DNA of 64,000 nucleotides from Octopus sinensis (Eukaryota): contig NC_043004.1 of the NCBI RefSeq assembly GCF_006345805.1, forward strand, positions 42,098,001 through 42,162,000, in the 5' to 3' direction. The position numbers and the translations under genes were made by a program. The stretch's first letter is position 1, and every line of letters begins with the position of its first letter. Of the stretch, positions 25,621 to 39,792 are shown in pieces. The notes below the pieces were generated by a model. That model searched no databases. It was not told the origin of the DNA and saw nothing but the letters and a program-made list of their open reading frames with translations.

Positions 25621-26367
25621 ATGGTGATACAATATTTAAAAACGATGATGTTGTTTAGAAAGTGTTGAAATTGTTGAACATGAAAACAGACGAAATAGAT
25701 GTTGCCAAAATTATAGTAAAACTCAAAGAGAGAGCACAGGAGCGAGAGAAAGAGAAAGAGAAAGAGAAATAGAAAGAGAAAGAGAGGGAGAGAGGGCAGG
25801 CAGAAGAAAATGAACGAGAGATTTAGAGATAGATACATAGATAGACAGGGGAAAAGAGAGATAGAAAAAGAGAGAGGCTTAGAGAGATCGAGATACATAG
25901 AGGAACTAGAATGAGTAATGCAGAAGAGGGAGAGAGAATTTGTAAGATAAGATACAGAATGGTTAGGGAAAAAAAATAAATAACTGGGAAAAGTCAACGA
26001 AGATTATTTTAGATTCTTCGGCTCTTTAGAATTGCGATAACATCTTCAAAGCATTCCTCATGCATAATTTAGACAGAAAACGTCATTGAGTCAGCAAATA
26101 TATGTGTTTTTAAGTCTATGTATATTTTCAAAAAACAATATTTCAATAATTAAATATTTATTTATATTTTTTTAACTATATTATAAATTACCTTGTGTAT
26201 GTGAAACGTCTTATCTCTCTCAAGGTGTAAACATATTTTAAAAGAAATAACGGTGGTGTAAACTTAGAAATATGTATCAATATTTTCTATCTCAGTTGTA
26301 GAGGTATTGATGATGCAGACATGCATGCACACAAAGAATCATATGAAAACATGCCTGCATGGCCCCA

Positions 26368-26520
<153 letters not shown>

Positions 26521-26565
26521 GTCTATCTATCCCTGTGTGACTCTCTCTTCTATCTCTCACTCACT

Positions 26566-26601
<36 letters not shown>

Positions 26602-26718
26602 TACTAATATAGAATGAAGTGTTTTACAGAAAAAGAATTTCATCAAAAACGTGGCAGCATATTAAAATACTTTTAAAGGTTAAAATGATAAACAATTGAC
26701 CTTGTTTATAAGTTATAT

Positions 26719-26847
<129 letters not shown>

Positions 26848-26856
26848 TATACATAT

Positions 26857-26970
<114 letters not shown>

Positions 26971-27032
26971 GTGTGTGTGTGTGTGGAAATATATATATTT
27001 ATGTGGAATAATTACTATGAGTCATTCTGTAG

Positions 27033-27357
27033 AATATATTGTATAAAGAATAGTAGGTAAGGGTAGAACAAAGCTAAGTAAATGCAAGGAAATCACAAGA
27101 AAACAAATATATGAATTAATGTAGACTTACTTTGCATTCAATATTTTGGGGTTATGATCCCATCCTCAACAATTTGAATAACGTCGCAGATGTGCACATC
27201 TGCGACATTCATTAATTTCTTGAGGATGGGATTATAACCTCAAAATATTGTATGTAAAGTAAGTCTATATTAATTCATATATTTGTTTTCTTGTGATTTG
27301 CCTTACCTTTACTTGACATTGTTCTGGCCTTACCCACGATCCTTTACACAATATATT
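27033..27357. repeat. ~325-bp imperfect palindrome with no spacer (foldback/MITE-like)
   Basis: Centre GTCGCAGATGTG|CACATCTGCGAC at 27194/27195. Arms pair out to AATATATTGT / ACAATATATT. Confidence 0.85.
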
Positions 27358-27460
27358 TATGTGTGTATGTGTGTGTGTGTGTACATGTGTATGTGTGCGT
27401 GTGTAAGTTTGTGTATGTTTGCGTGCGCGTGCGTGTTTGTGGGGGAGTGTATATGTATAT

Positions 27461-27492
<32 letters not shown>

Positions 27493-29584
27493 CCAGCGCG
27501 TGTATGTCACTTTTTGGGCGGTCATGATATAAGCTACATCCATGAATTTGCGGTTCTTACTTGTTTTATTAAAGGTTCCCCGGTCATTTTATTTTTTAAC
27601 ATATTCAAGCATTATTTGTCTGATATCTAATATGACAACTTATTCATCGATTGGGTGTATAATACCCCAATACACCGATGTATTATTATATATGCACAGA
27701 GGAAATATAATTCACATTTACGCTTTAGATATAAACGATTGCTAAATATATCATACAAACAAAACTTATAACAAAATGAATATAAAAAGTAGAGAATTTG
27801 CTCTTGTTAATTTGTGCAGCCTCACGTGAACTGTGATTATGCAAGGGTGACCAGGCAATGGTTATCACGTAATTATAATCTCCGCTGTGCTGTAGTCTCC
27901 ACTGTATCCTTGTTTGTAAGTAGCCATTTTTGGTTTCAGTAAAATTTTAGCTGCTACATTTTATCAGTCAAATGACAATGCTCGCATTGCTACATGCCCA
28001 CAAATTTCGGTGTACTAATCGTCCGGCGAGTCAGTCGTTTAATAAAATACAGAAAAGATACGCAGCTGGTGTTTCATCAGGAGATTTTTTAAAAAAGGTC
28101 TTTGATTTAAATTTGAAATTAAACATATGTACTCTGGGAATTATCATTTATATTTCGCATTAAAGTTTATCATCATGGGAAAACATATGTTGAAAATCAG
28201 ATGCGAGTGAATAAAATATTTAAATTAGGAAATACAAATTGAAAGAAAACACTTGAAGAGAAATTTGTCAAAATCAATAGTAGAAGTGTTTGAGTCTTAT
28301 GACGTCAATTTGTTTGCTTAAAGGAACCCATGACTTATATTTTATGTAAGTAAAATATAAGTCAACCGTTTCTTCAAAAGTTTCCTTGTATCACGCAGAC
28401 TGTGCTAAGAAGAAACTACTTCTAAAAGGGTATCTGCCCTCATGTACATCATTTACACCTAATTGATTATAATGTAAGAATTTCATACTTGCATATCAAA
28501 GATTCTTAAGCGTTTTGGTGATCTGTATCTCTGTATTATGTAAACTGCTGTGGACCGGAAAACAATCGTACTAGTAAGTCAATAATGTTAGTAATGTTGT
28601 CACTGTAAGGCCACGGTCATTTTACTTTCAATAAAATTGTGAACAAAGGTGTTTCATCCTGGATCCTTCCGTCCATTTGTATATCCATTACTGCATTCTC
28701 AAATATGATCTGTTAAATTCAAGACGACAGTGTATTATTCGAGATTGATTGGGGTGATCTTCCTAGTACGTCCTACGACTGTTTAACGGGGATCACTGTG
28801 TCACGGCAATCTTTTCTGTCAAAAGTGAATGACTGTTTGATTAAATGTAAATCTACTGATTTGCATGCATATAATCTAGTTGTTTTGGGACCCCCGAAGA
28901 ATTTGCAGATTTCCCATCAGATACATGACCTACTATTGACATGATCCATATATATATACATAAATTTACAGAATATATTTTTTCTTAACGAGTTTCTTGA
29001 TAGTTTGAGTGAAATGCAATAATAATGTCAGCTTACGCATATATTTTCTCCTACTTACTGACTAATAAATGTCATCGTTAAATATACTGACGTTATTTAA
29101 TTCTTAAACACGAAATGCACATTAAATATTTTACGTTTTAAGTCAAACCTTACGACAAGTTGATCTGATCAACGGAACAGCCTGCTCTCAAAATTAAAGT
29201 GCTGACCACTCTATAGACATGCACACACTTAACATAATTCTTAGGTATGCACCGTCACAAGCCAACCCTAAGCATTGTGCAAACAGACATTCACATTTGT
29301 GAAACAAAAGAGGCAAACATTTTTCAGCATCAAAAGAATGTAGAATATGGAGCCTGTCTAGATCTAATGAGAAAATTAGCAATGATTTAATTCATTTGCC
29401 TGAAAATAGCCTCCTCCCGTTTAAGTCATTCAAATAACATGATTAATATGCATAAATAACTAAAGGCTACGGCATATATTCAACCGAGAGTTTGGCTGAA
29501 AACGTTGAACCAACCGGAAGTAATCAAGATATAGAAACATAAATATAAGTCAATTGAAATGGGACTAATAATATATTTTTGTAT

Positions 29585-29982
29585 CTCTCTTTTACTCTCT
29601 TTTACTTGTTTTAGTCATTTGTCTGCGGCCATGCTGGAGCACCGCTTTTAGTCGATCGAGCAAATCGACCCCAGAACTTATTCTTTGTAAGCCTAGTACT
29701 TATTCTATCGGTCTCTTTTGCCGAACCGCTAAGTTACGGGGACGTAAACACACCAGCATCGGTTGTCAAGCGATGTTGGGGGACAGACACACAAACATAT
29801 ATACACACGCACATATATATATATACATATATACGACGGCCTTCTTTCAGTTTCCGTTTGCCAAATCCACTCACAAGGCTTTGGTCGGCCCGGGGCTATA
29901 GTAGAAGACACTTGCCCAAGATGCTACGCAGTGGGACTGAACCCGGAACCATGTGGTTGGTAAGCAAGCTACTTACCACACA
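29585..29982 (-). mobile_element. SINE family A (full length)
   Basis: Reverse complement of 1988-2390. Confidence 0.85.
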
Positions 29983-31812
29983 ATTTTGTTTTATTTTCAG
30001 ACGTATGAATTAAATCATTGCTACTTTTCTAATTAGATCTAGTTAGGCTCTACATTCCATATGTTTTTGATGCTGAAGATATAATGTTCGTAGGTTGTTA
30101 CCAGAAAGTATTCGGATGACTGAAAATCGCTCATTGTTTTCACAATCTTCAATGCTTCTGCAGTGAATAATGCATCTAAGTTTGGATGTACAGATTCTAT
30201 ATTGTCATGCAATTCTATATTTTTATGTGTTACCCCAAAAATGAAACTGGAAATTCTCTGTACAATGTGAGTGCACAGAGTACATTAAGCAGAGAAGTCC
30301 CTGAAACCTGTTGCAACGCTATCATATATTTGTAATTTATTGAAAGAAGATTAACTTAGAGTCGATCTTTTTGAATTGGTTTGTTATGTTCGTTTCCCCC
30401 ATCCCCATATATACATTTCAGATTAAGTTATATCTGTTATTACATGATAAAAATTGTCGTGGTATATCACGGTATATGCAGTCAGATATTCAGCTCTCAC
30501 AACTCGTTTTCGAACACTACAAGCTTCAATACTAATTGAAAGGTTTGAAAAATTTGGCAACACTTTATATCTGTGACATAAAATATAACTTACCATATGT
30601 AAATAAATTTACTACCGACTTGGGAAGGCAGTGAAAATATTTGGAACTTTTAATAATTGAGTTCGATTTGAGAAAGACACGAACACATACAACTATTGAA
30701 CTGTATTAAGTTTATCTGTTTACTGTCTTGTTAAATTAATGTGAAGCCTGGATAACCTACAGCAGGCACATTCAAATGATTTAACATTTCCAGTTTCAAT
30801 GATCGACTAAATCAATCAGTATCAACGGAAATGTAATTATTTGTCAGCATACTCACTCCACCATTAATAAATCAATGTTCCGAAACCACAGGGTTGAAAA
30901 AAAATGTTTTACAAACAACCTAGCATATGTAGTTGTTTTGGGAATTTATCGGACATTTTATCAAAATGCCTCAAACTTAAGAACACAAATTGAAATCTGT
31001 ATCACTTTCAAAGTTTAACATTTCAGTTATCGAAAGTTTTAATAAATTACATAGAAGTGATACCAAGATTCACACACACCTCTCACCAAGCAGAGACTTT
31101 AAGAGTTAAACATCTGTCACTTGTTGAGTGATTATATATTTCTACTGTGAATAAAAAAAGTTATATTAAACTTAAATTACTCACCTAAATGATATTTGAA
31201 TACGTAGAGATCATCCTATATGATGGCATGAACTTACTGATAAAATATATCGACTTGCCCCAAACACAAGCACACACTTGTATATATATTGTATAGTGTG
31301 ACATCAGAAAAAAAAGGTACAAATAAGAGACAAAAAAGAAACAAACATGGAAATGATAGGACGATCATAAGGTGTTAATCGTTTATGAGAAGGCCGAGAA
31401 AATGTCTTTCGATTTACGGTGGTGTTGACTGGTTTCCAAACCTGCGTACATGCACATGTATGCATATATGTATACATACATACATACATACATACATACA
31501 TACATACATAAAAACTCTCTCACACACACACACATATATATATCCGTATATATATATATGTATATAGACATATACTTACTGATATATTTTATCAGTAAGT
31601 CTTATCATTTCAATGTATGTTTGTGTATACATACACACATCTATATGCATACATGTATATGTAATATTTTAAAATAATAGGCATATGTCAATTAGTGTGT
31701 TGATGCGTTAAGTTAAGCCCTGGCACAGTTAGGACTACATAATATCATCCGCAGTTGGGGAATATTTCCATTGGATCCACTTCAGGAATTTTCCAGTGTT
31801 TGTCGAGATAAT

Positions 31813-32023
31813 AATTGATTAATTAGATAGAACTTTGGTTTAGTATTAGTCTTTACTTAGTACGACAATCGTTTCGACCCGTTATGCTACATCATGTTGT
31901 CTTGCAAAATGGATACAACACATGATGCATAGAATCTCACCAATACGGGACAGTATGATGAAACGATCGTAGTACAAAGTAAAGACTTATACCAAACCTA
32001 TACTCTATGTAATTATCAATTTT
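31813..32023. repeat. ~210-bp decayed palindrome
   Basis: TTTGGT..AGTCTTTACTTAGTAC..ATCGTTTC pairs with GAAACGAT..GTACAAAGTAAAGACT..ACCAAA. Inner hairpin ACATCATG / CATGATGC. Confidence 0.65.
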
Positions 32024-32045
32024 TATAGATACATTATATATATAT

Positions 32046-32119
<74 letters not shown>

Positions 32120-32326
32120 GTGAAATAGAAAGATGAATAATCTTGTAGTAGATTAATCAAAAGTTTAACCGATACCTTAGTAGCAAAAATCACAGCAGTA
32201 AACAGCACGGTTGGAGGTACAACCATCTGGCGTTGCAACCGTGCGTTGGTGCGGATAATGAAATTAAAACATTATTGGTGAATTGAAGAAATGGAGCTGA
32301 ACGCAGATTGAACAGAAATCGTTTTA

Positions 32327-32414
32327 TTTCATTCTACACGTGTTTCGAAAGGCACAAATTACCAAAATCCGATGAATAATGGGACCATATTGTGTCTTTC
32401 TCTTCAGGAAGAAA
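32327..32414 (-). ncRNA. Type I hammerhead ribozyme (long stem II loop)
   Basis: Reverse complement of the 32519-32607 motif. Confidence 0.72.
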
Positions 32415-32518
32415 AAGGAAATCCGTTGGAAAAACAAAAACAGAACAGAGGCGGAGCAAAAAACAAATCGAACTGTGCTCCTAAGAGCCCATGGCGAAAC
32501 TTCCAACGGATTTCCTTT

Positions 32519-32607
32519 TTTCTTCCTGAAGAGAAAGACACAATATGGTCCCATTATTCAATCGGATTTTGGTAATTTGTGCCTTTCGAAACACGTGTAG
32601 AATGAAA
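32519..32607 (+). ncRNA. Type I hammerhead ribozyme (long stem II loop)
   Basis: TTTCTTC-CTGAAGA-GAAAGACACA(35 nt)TGTGCCTTTC-GAAA-CACGTG-TA-GAATGAAA. Stem II pairs 9/10, stem III is the palindrome ACACGUGU, GUA cleavage after 32599. Confidence 0.75.
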
Positions 32608-32676
32608 TAAAACGATTTCTGTTCAATCTGCGTTCAGCTCCATTTCTTCATTCACCAATAATGTTTTTTATATATA

Positions 32677-32730
<54 letters not shown>

Positions 32731-32738
32731 CTATAAAA

Positions 32739-32855
32739 ATAGAGTCTCCCTGGTAAATGAATATTTGAATAAGAACCATAAATATATCGATTTGTATTCT
32801 AACAGAATGATTACCTGTCCTATAGCATTTGATATGTGTATGTATATATATATAC

Positions 32856-32936
<81 letters not shown>

Positions 32937-33592
32937 GATAAGATCGTTAATTTCATTATCGATTTTATCAAGTGGCCAGCATGGGAATAAAAACATTCAA
33001 AGGTAGTAATTATTATTAAAATTATAATTTGGGGTATCTAAGAGATACAGCCACGCTGGAAATAGCAGCTAAAACCTGACTCTAAATCCACATTAAATGT
33101 TTATACAGCACCAGGAGAGAAGATTTTGTTTTTTGTCTTTTTTCTTGGTGCTGTATGAACATTTTATGTGGTTTTAGAGTCAGGTTTTGGCTGTTATTTC
33201 CATCGTGACGGTGGTGTATAAACATTTAATATGGATTTAGAGTCAGGTTTTAGCTGCTATTTCCAGCGTGGCGGTATCTCTTAGATACCCCCAATTATAA
33301 TTTTAATAATAATTACTACCTTTGAATACTTTCATTCCCATGCTGGCCACTTGATAAGATCGATAATGAAATTAACGATCTTATCTTTATTTATATAAAT
33401 ATATGGCGGTGCCCCAGCATGGCCACAGCTCTTTAGCTGAAACTGGAAAAATCAAAAAATCAAATATATATATATATATGTATATATACATACACATATC
33501 AAATGCTATAGGACAGGTAATCATTCTGTTAGAATACAAATCGATATATTTATGGTTCTTATTCAAATATTCATTTAGCAGGGAGACTCTAT
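32739..33592. repeat. Large foldback: ~370-bp inverted arms with an extra partial inverted copy in the middle
   Basis: 32739-33112 is the reverse complement of 33206-33592. 33144-33205 is a diverged extra copy of the arm tip. Confidence 0.8.
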
Positions 33593-35296
33593 CCTCATTT
33601 GTTGGATAATATGTATATATTTGGATTTGTGAAATTGGTACAGTTCACTATTGTAATAACAGTTGTCAATATAGTATAAATTACATAAATGTATTACAAT
33701 TTTGAAACAGAGCTAAAATAACTTTAAATTCATGCCGGCTACGAGAAAGAAAATCCATGGAATGTTAATGCTATGCTACTAGAAATCGTTTGGCGTATTT
33801 AACGTTAGAGCAAACAATTTCCAGCTGGCAGATTACTTTTGAGCTAGTCAGGTATTGTTTTAGTCAATGTGAAATTAGAAACATGCATGTAACTATCTAC
33901 AATGTTTACGTAACGCTTATTAATCAGAATAAATAATTTGAAATTTTACCTTGAATTTGCGATATTTGTAGCACAGTGCTACATCGATCTCTCAGTCAGA
34001 CGATTATCTATCTGCTTTTCTTTCTATATCTCTATATATCTAGCTAATTATAATCGAACTAATTAAGTGAATAGACTCACTTCCAACGACATCTCCTTCA
34101 TCATTATTATCATTAACCTCACGATCATTCTATATAATCGACCGCTTTAAAAATAGTAATAATAATAATAATGATGATGATGGTGGTGGTGGTAGTGATG
34201 ATGATGATGATGATGGCATCGATGACAACGATGACGACGAGGATGATGATGAAGGTGATGATAAATAGAATGATGAAAATAACCACAACCGCAATAAACT
34301 GTGCAAGACAGAATATTTCCTATATTGTTTGATGGCATCAAAACGATGAATGACTGCGAAAACAAATTGAATATATACATATAACGAAAACCACAAAAGC
34401 ATGGTTGAGAAAACAATACCAAAATATGATTAGAACGATAAAAGAATAACGGTTATTAGTTTAGGTCTCTTCTGAGATATTTTTTCATATATTTTTTTAT
34501 GTGGTATTGGCGATGGAGAAATATTTAGAATATTTCTCTTTCGAAATATAGATTCATAGAGGCATAGCAAGTGAGGGAGGGGAAGGTAGGAAAAGAAAGG
34601 AAGGTAGGAAAAGAAAGAGAGAGCGAGAGTTACAGATAGAGGCACAGATAGAAAATGAGATTCTCTGAGAGTGTCACTATGAGAAATGTGAAAATTAAGA
34701 CAAAGGTGAACAAATATAAAACGTAGGTAATAGTAAAATAGTTCAAACAAGAATATGAATAAAAGAAGGAAAGAAATAAAAAGAGAAAAGAAAAGTATAG
34801 GGGAGGAGAATAACATAAAGTTATTAATATATTATAATTGAGGTGAAAATGAAAAAAATGCACGACATTCTGGCGCGAGTGCACACGCACACATTGATAC
34901 ACACACACACACTCACTGATAAGCACACACGGACATACACCGCACACGTAAATATATGCCAGAATGCTGCGCAATATATTTTTCATTTTCACCTTAAACC
35001 TTTTAGTTCACCTCAATTACAATATACTTGTTAATAAATTTATGCTACTATCTCCACCCATGTCCCTTTTTCCTAAAATCATTTCCTGAAAAGCCGCATT
35101 CTTTTAATTCTTGTCAAATTTATTGGTAATGGTGATGATGTTGCTGCTGACGGCGACGCCGACGACGCCGATGATGATCACGATGATCATGATGATGATC
35201 ATCATCTTTCTGCTTCTTTATAATATGTATGTGTATATATATTCAGAGAAAGGGAAAGAGATAGAGAGAATTGTAGAAAGATATGCGGATGGCTCA

Positions 35297-35425
<129 letters not shown>

Positions 35426-35658
35426 TATATACACATATGAAGGAGTGCTGAAAATTTCCTGACTTTAGGGATATTGCGAAGGGCTTGAGTGGATGCTCAA
35501 CATTTCGCGTTCTTTTACTAGGACCGCCGCAACGTGATTGTGATTCTGTAATGGGAATATGTTGAATAAAATCATAATCAACTGATCCTCTTCTATTTTC
35601 TTTTACTCAAAGCTAGGAACATTTCAACACCCCCAGTATAGACACACACAAAAATGCA

Positions 35659-35689
<31 letters not shown>

Positions 35690-35927
35690 CACACACACAG
35701 TTACTGAAGTGATTTGGGTCTAATAAACTTAACCGGTTTCACGACAATAATTCGTGGACAGTGTGAAGATTTGCTACATTTGCATAGGCACTATTTTTTA
35801 AAATCTGTTCATCTGCTTTTGGTTTACTTTTGTATTTGTATTACAAATACTCGGTATTAAAGCTACAACTTTATTGTTGCAATTATTAGTAGACTTCACT
35901 GAAACTTTTAATGATATATTCTTATAT

Positions 35928-35971
<44 letters not shown>

Positions 35972-36725
35972 AATATATTTCATATTTAATATAATATTTC
36001 ACGTTTACTATATATTTCATCTTTGTATGGTATAGGTGTTATGTTATTGATGATTTTTATACTTGAATTTTTACCTGAAATTTCAAAAAAATTTCGTATG
36101 TTTTCTTTTTATATATATCCTACTGTGAATTATTTTTCCTAAATTCATTATTTCCTCTTTTCTTCTTGCAGAATAAATTTCCACAAATATTAAATGGCAC
36201 AATAGAAAAAAAGCACGAAAACATAAATTATAATATTTACTTTTTTTTATATATAGTAGATTTTTCACATTTTTGTAAAATCGATCAGGCATATATTTGT
36301 ACTTTACCTGTAGAGCAATCTCAACGAATACAAAAATATATACCGAAAAGCGAAAAAGAAAAAAAAGTCTCACACATTTTAGAGAATAAGTTTTGTAATT
36401 CAGTCTGAGAATACGTAAATATGTCATATTGAGGAAACGGAATGTGAGCTACAAGGTTTTCAAAGAGTATAGGAAAGAAACGTCATGATTTCTAAACCCC
36501 AAAATCGATCGACAGAAAATTTTGATCTCGAGCTCTTGGCATGGTCAGAACGATATTATCAATAACTTACTTGATTAATTTCCAATATATTCTAAATAAG
36601 GAACTCCTTGAAAAGCTACATAACTCTTATACAAATTCTTAATGATAGGATAAATATTAATACATTCCGACGTTAAATAACGTACGAAATGCAACAGAAT
36701 GGAATGTACTTTTTAGAATCAAGCC

Positions 36726-36797
<72 letters not shown>

Positions 36798-38299
36798 GCA
36801 TGTTATTTTAATGGTCTACCAATGTATACAATGCGTTTCTCTGCCCTAGATGTCAGGAAGACACTCGGCAAGAAATGGAAAAAAATTGAAAGATGAGAAT
36901 GAAAATAATAATAATCATAATAATCATAATAATAATAATGATAATAATAATATTAATAATAATAATAATAATAATAAAAGATTAACACAGAAAATATCTT
37001 ACTAGATTCCATATGTTGACAATTTACTTTAGTATATATAGAAAAATAAGTAAAAATGTTATTAGGATCAGTTATTTCGAAAAGAATACAAGGCACCGTC
37101 TTACAGATCTGGATCACCAACATATCAACAATCAGTTTTTAATAGCATTGATGATGAATCGAAAGAGGGATTTTTCTCTGTTCGAAAGAGTGGAGCATAA
37201 TATCTCCATAACGACCTCTTTGCTCCTAAAAGGTGTAAAGATCTTTGATATAATATTCCCCTATACTGATCATTACTATATTGATTGTCCAAAAGACAAT
37301 ACTTTTTGATGATAATATCTTTTTCAGTTTGAAGAAAAATTGCAATGAAGTTTTTATGTGGATATAGGGGTTTCTGTACTAGTAACACACAATGGTCTAG
37401 ACTTATTACACCAATATCTCAAATTTTTAATTACACTATTGAAGTGATATTCGTCGTATTTCTAATGAAAACCCCTTAGAGAGTTTTAAATCCTTAAATC
37501 CTTAAAAATGTTTTAGCCCGAAGGCCGCGGCTATGCTGGGGCACCAGTTTAGAAACTATTTACTAGAAACGTCAAGTATTTAAAAAAAATTAATATTACA
37601 TCTAAATGCAGGCAAAGACTACTACAAGTTAGCTAAAACGCCATATATTTTTCAAATAATATTTCATATTCTTGCATTTTATTATTATAAAATATCGCAG
37701 AAGTTTATATTTCATATAAAGTTTTTATATACGATTTTGTATTATGCATTTATTTCATATTTATAATATCCATTTATATAATATATAATGTTTTATAATA
37801 TAAATAGAATATGTTATTGTTATATATTATACATTTATCTTTGTTTTCACATTCTGTTTAATGTCATACTACACTATATGGTTTTATACTGAATATTATT
37901 TTTTATTTCATAATGTATATAAAATATATTTTTCTTATATTTTATAGAATAGTTTTACATAAACTTGCATTATTTTCTCTTCAGTTTCATATTTTTTCTC
38001 AACTTCACGCTACAAATTATTAATATATATAACTTTTTTTCATTTCATTATTTCAACATCTCTTCTTGAAGAAGAAACTTCTGGAAGTTATAAACGGTGA
38101 ACTGAAAGAAAACAAAAATATCAACACAGACAAAATTAATAAAACAAGGAAAGAACATAAACAAACAAAAAATGAAAAAGAAAAACAGTTCTACAAATAA
38201 GCCAATAAAACTCACATGAACAAAAAACAAAGAAGTACACAAAGTGAAAAATAGGAAATTGATATTCAAAAATATTGATTGAAATAGTTTTCGAAAATT

Positions 38300-38410
38300 T
38301 CATGGTTATCATCATCATAATCATCATCATCACAACAAAACTACCAACACCACCGTGACAACCACCCACCTCCTCCTCCTCCTCATCATCATCATCATCA
38401 ACACCACCAA

Positions 38411-38445
<35 letters not shown>

Positions 38446-38588
38446 CTACCACCAACATCACCACCATCATCACTATTGTCATCATCGTCATTCTATTTCA
38501 TTGTTGTTCTACATTATTATTATCATTATCATTATTATTATTATTAATATTATTATTATTTTTATTATTATTATTATCATTATTATTA

Positions 38589-38640
<52 letters not shown>

Positions 38641-38642
38641 CA

Positions 38643-38694
<52 letters not shown>

Positions 38695-38695
38695 C
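38300..38695. repeat. (ATC)n/(ATT)n low-complexity tract
   Basis: Direct inspection. Confidence 0.95.
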
Positions 38696-38988
38696 GATTT
38701 TATACAGTACTTCTGATTTTGATTTTTCTTTTGGGATAATATATATATTTTTTTCCATTGAACGATGTGTCATGTTTCAATTTTGTTATTCAGTTTTGTT
38801 TAGTCAGAGCCGTGTAGTATCTTTTGTTTTTGATTCTCTTTTTGTTGGTGTTGATCTTGTGTTGTTAATTATTTTCATTTTATTCGACTCGAAATTTTAT
38901 TATTTTGTTGCAGATATATATGATAATAATAAGTAGGCTGTAGATGATAATTACAAGGGTAACAACAACAACTACAATAACCTTAATG

Positions 38989-39044
<56 letters not shown>

Positions 39045-39223
39045 GTTGATGGTGATGATGATAACGATGGTGTTGATGATATTTTGATAATGGTTACAAT
39101 TAAGATGATAATTATGATAGTAATTGCAAAGATAATAGTTATACTGCTGCTGCTGCTGCTGCTGATATTGCTGTTGGTTATGTTGCTAATGAATAGGACG
39201 CTGCTAATGCAGCTCAGATGGTG

Positions 39224-39229
<6 letters not shown>

Positions 39230-39276
<47 letters not shown>

Positions 39277-39698
39277 GACGATGCTGATGATCATGGTGAT
39301 GGTGATTAGGATGATGATTAAAACGTTGATGTCGACGATGATGACGACGGCTACAATGATGAAAATGACGACGATGATGTAGTAAGGAAAAATTAGGATA
39401 ATAGCAATAATGAAAGATGTGATGCTGAAGACAAAGCTGCTGATTATTATTATGATGATGATGGTTGTGTGAATGAATGGAAATTATGATGATCAGAAAA
39501 ATTATGAGAGTGATGTTGATGATCATAATAAAAGATGAGATGATGACGATGATGATGAAGAGGACATCAATATAATCATCATGATAATGTTGAGTATATC
39601 GAAGCCGACAATAATGGTAATATTGCAGAAATATTTATCAGTTATGATGACGCCTTTCATGTTATAGTAATGATTTTACTACGGATGCTGTTTCGCAC

Positions 39699-39742
<44 letters not shown>

Positions 39743-39758
39743 GATGATGATGATGATG

Positions 39759-39792
<34 letters not shown>

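Larger units (their letters stand above)
32118..32667. mobile_element. Penelope-like pLTR remnant with inverted ~165-bp arm, between (TA)n tracts
   Basis: 32266-32432 and 32501-32667 are near-perfect inverted repeats around a 68-nt spacer. Each arm contains a hammerhead. Confidence 0.75.

Noticed and set aside
28720-28945. ~75 open codons on + (DSVLFEIDWGDLP...), candidate exon
   Set aside because: No recognisable homology and poor polypyrimidine tract. An open frame of this length can occur by chance.
33340-33385. TTGATAA...GAAA in the foldback arm as a U3:A8 hammerhead
   Set aside because: No NUH cleavage site with a matching stem I, and stem II is only 2 bp.
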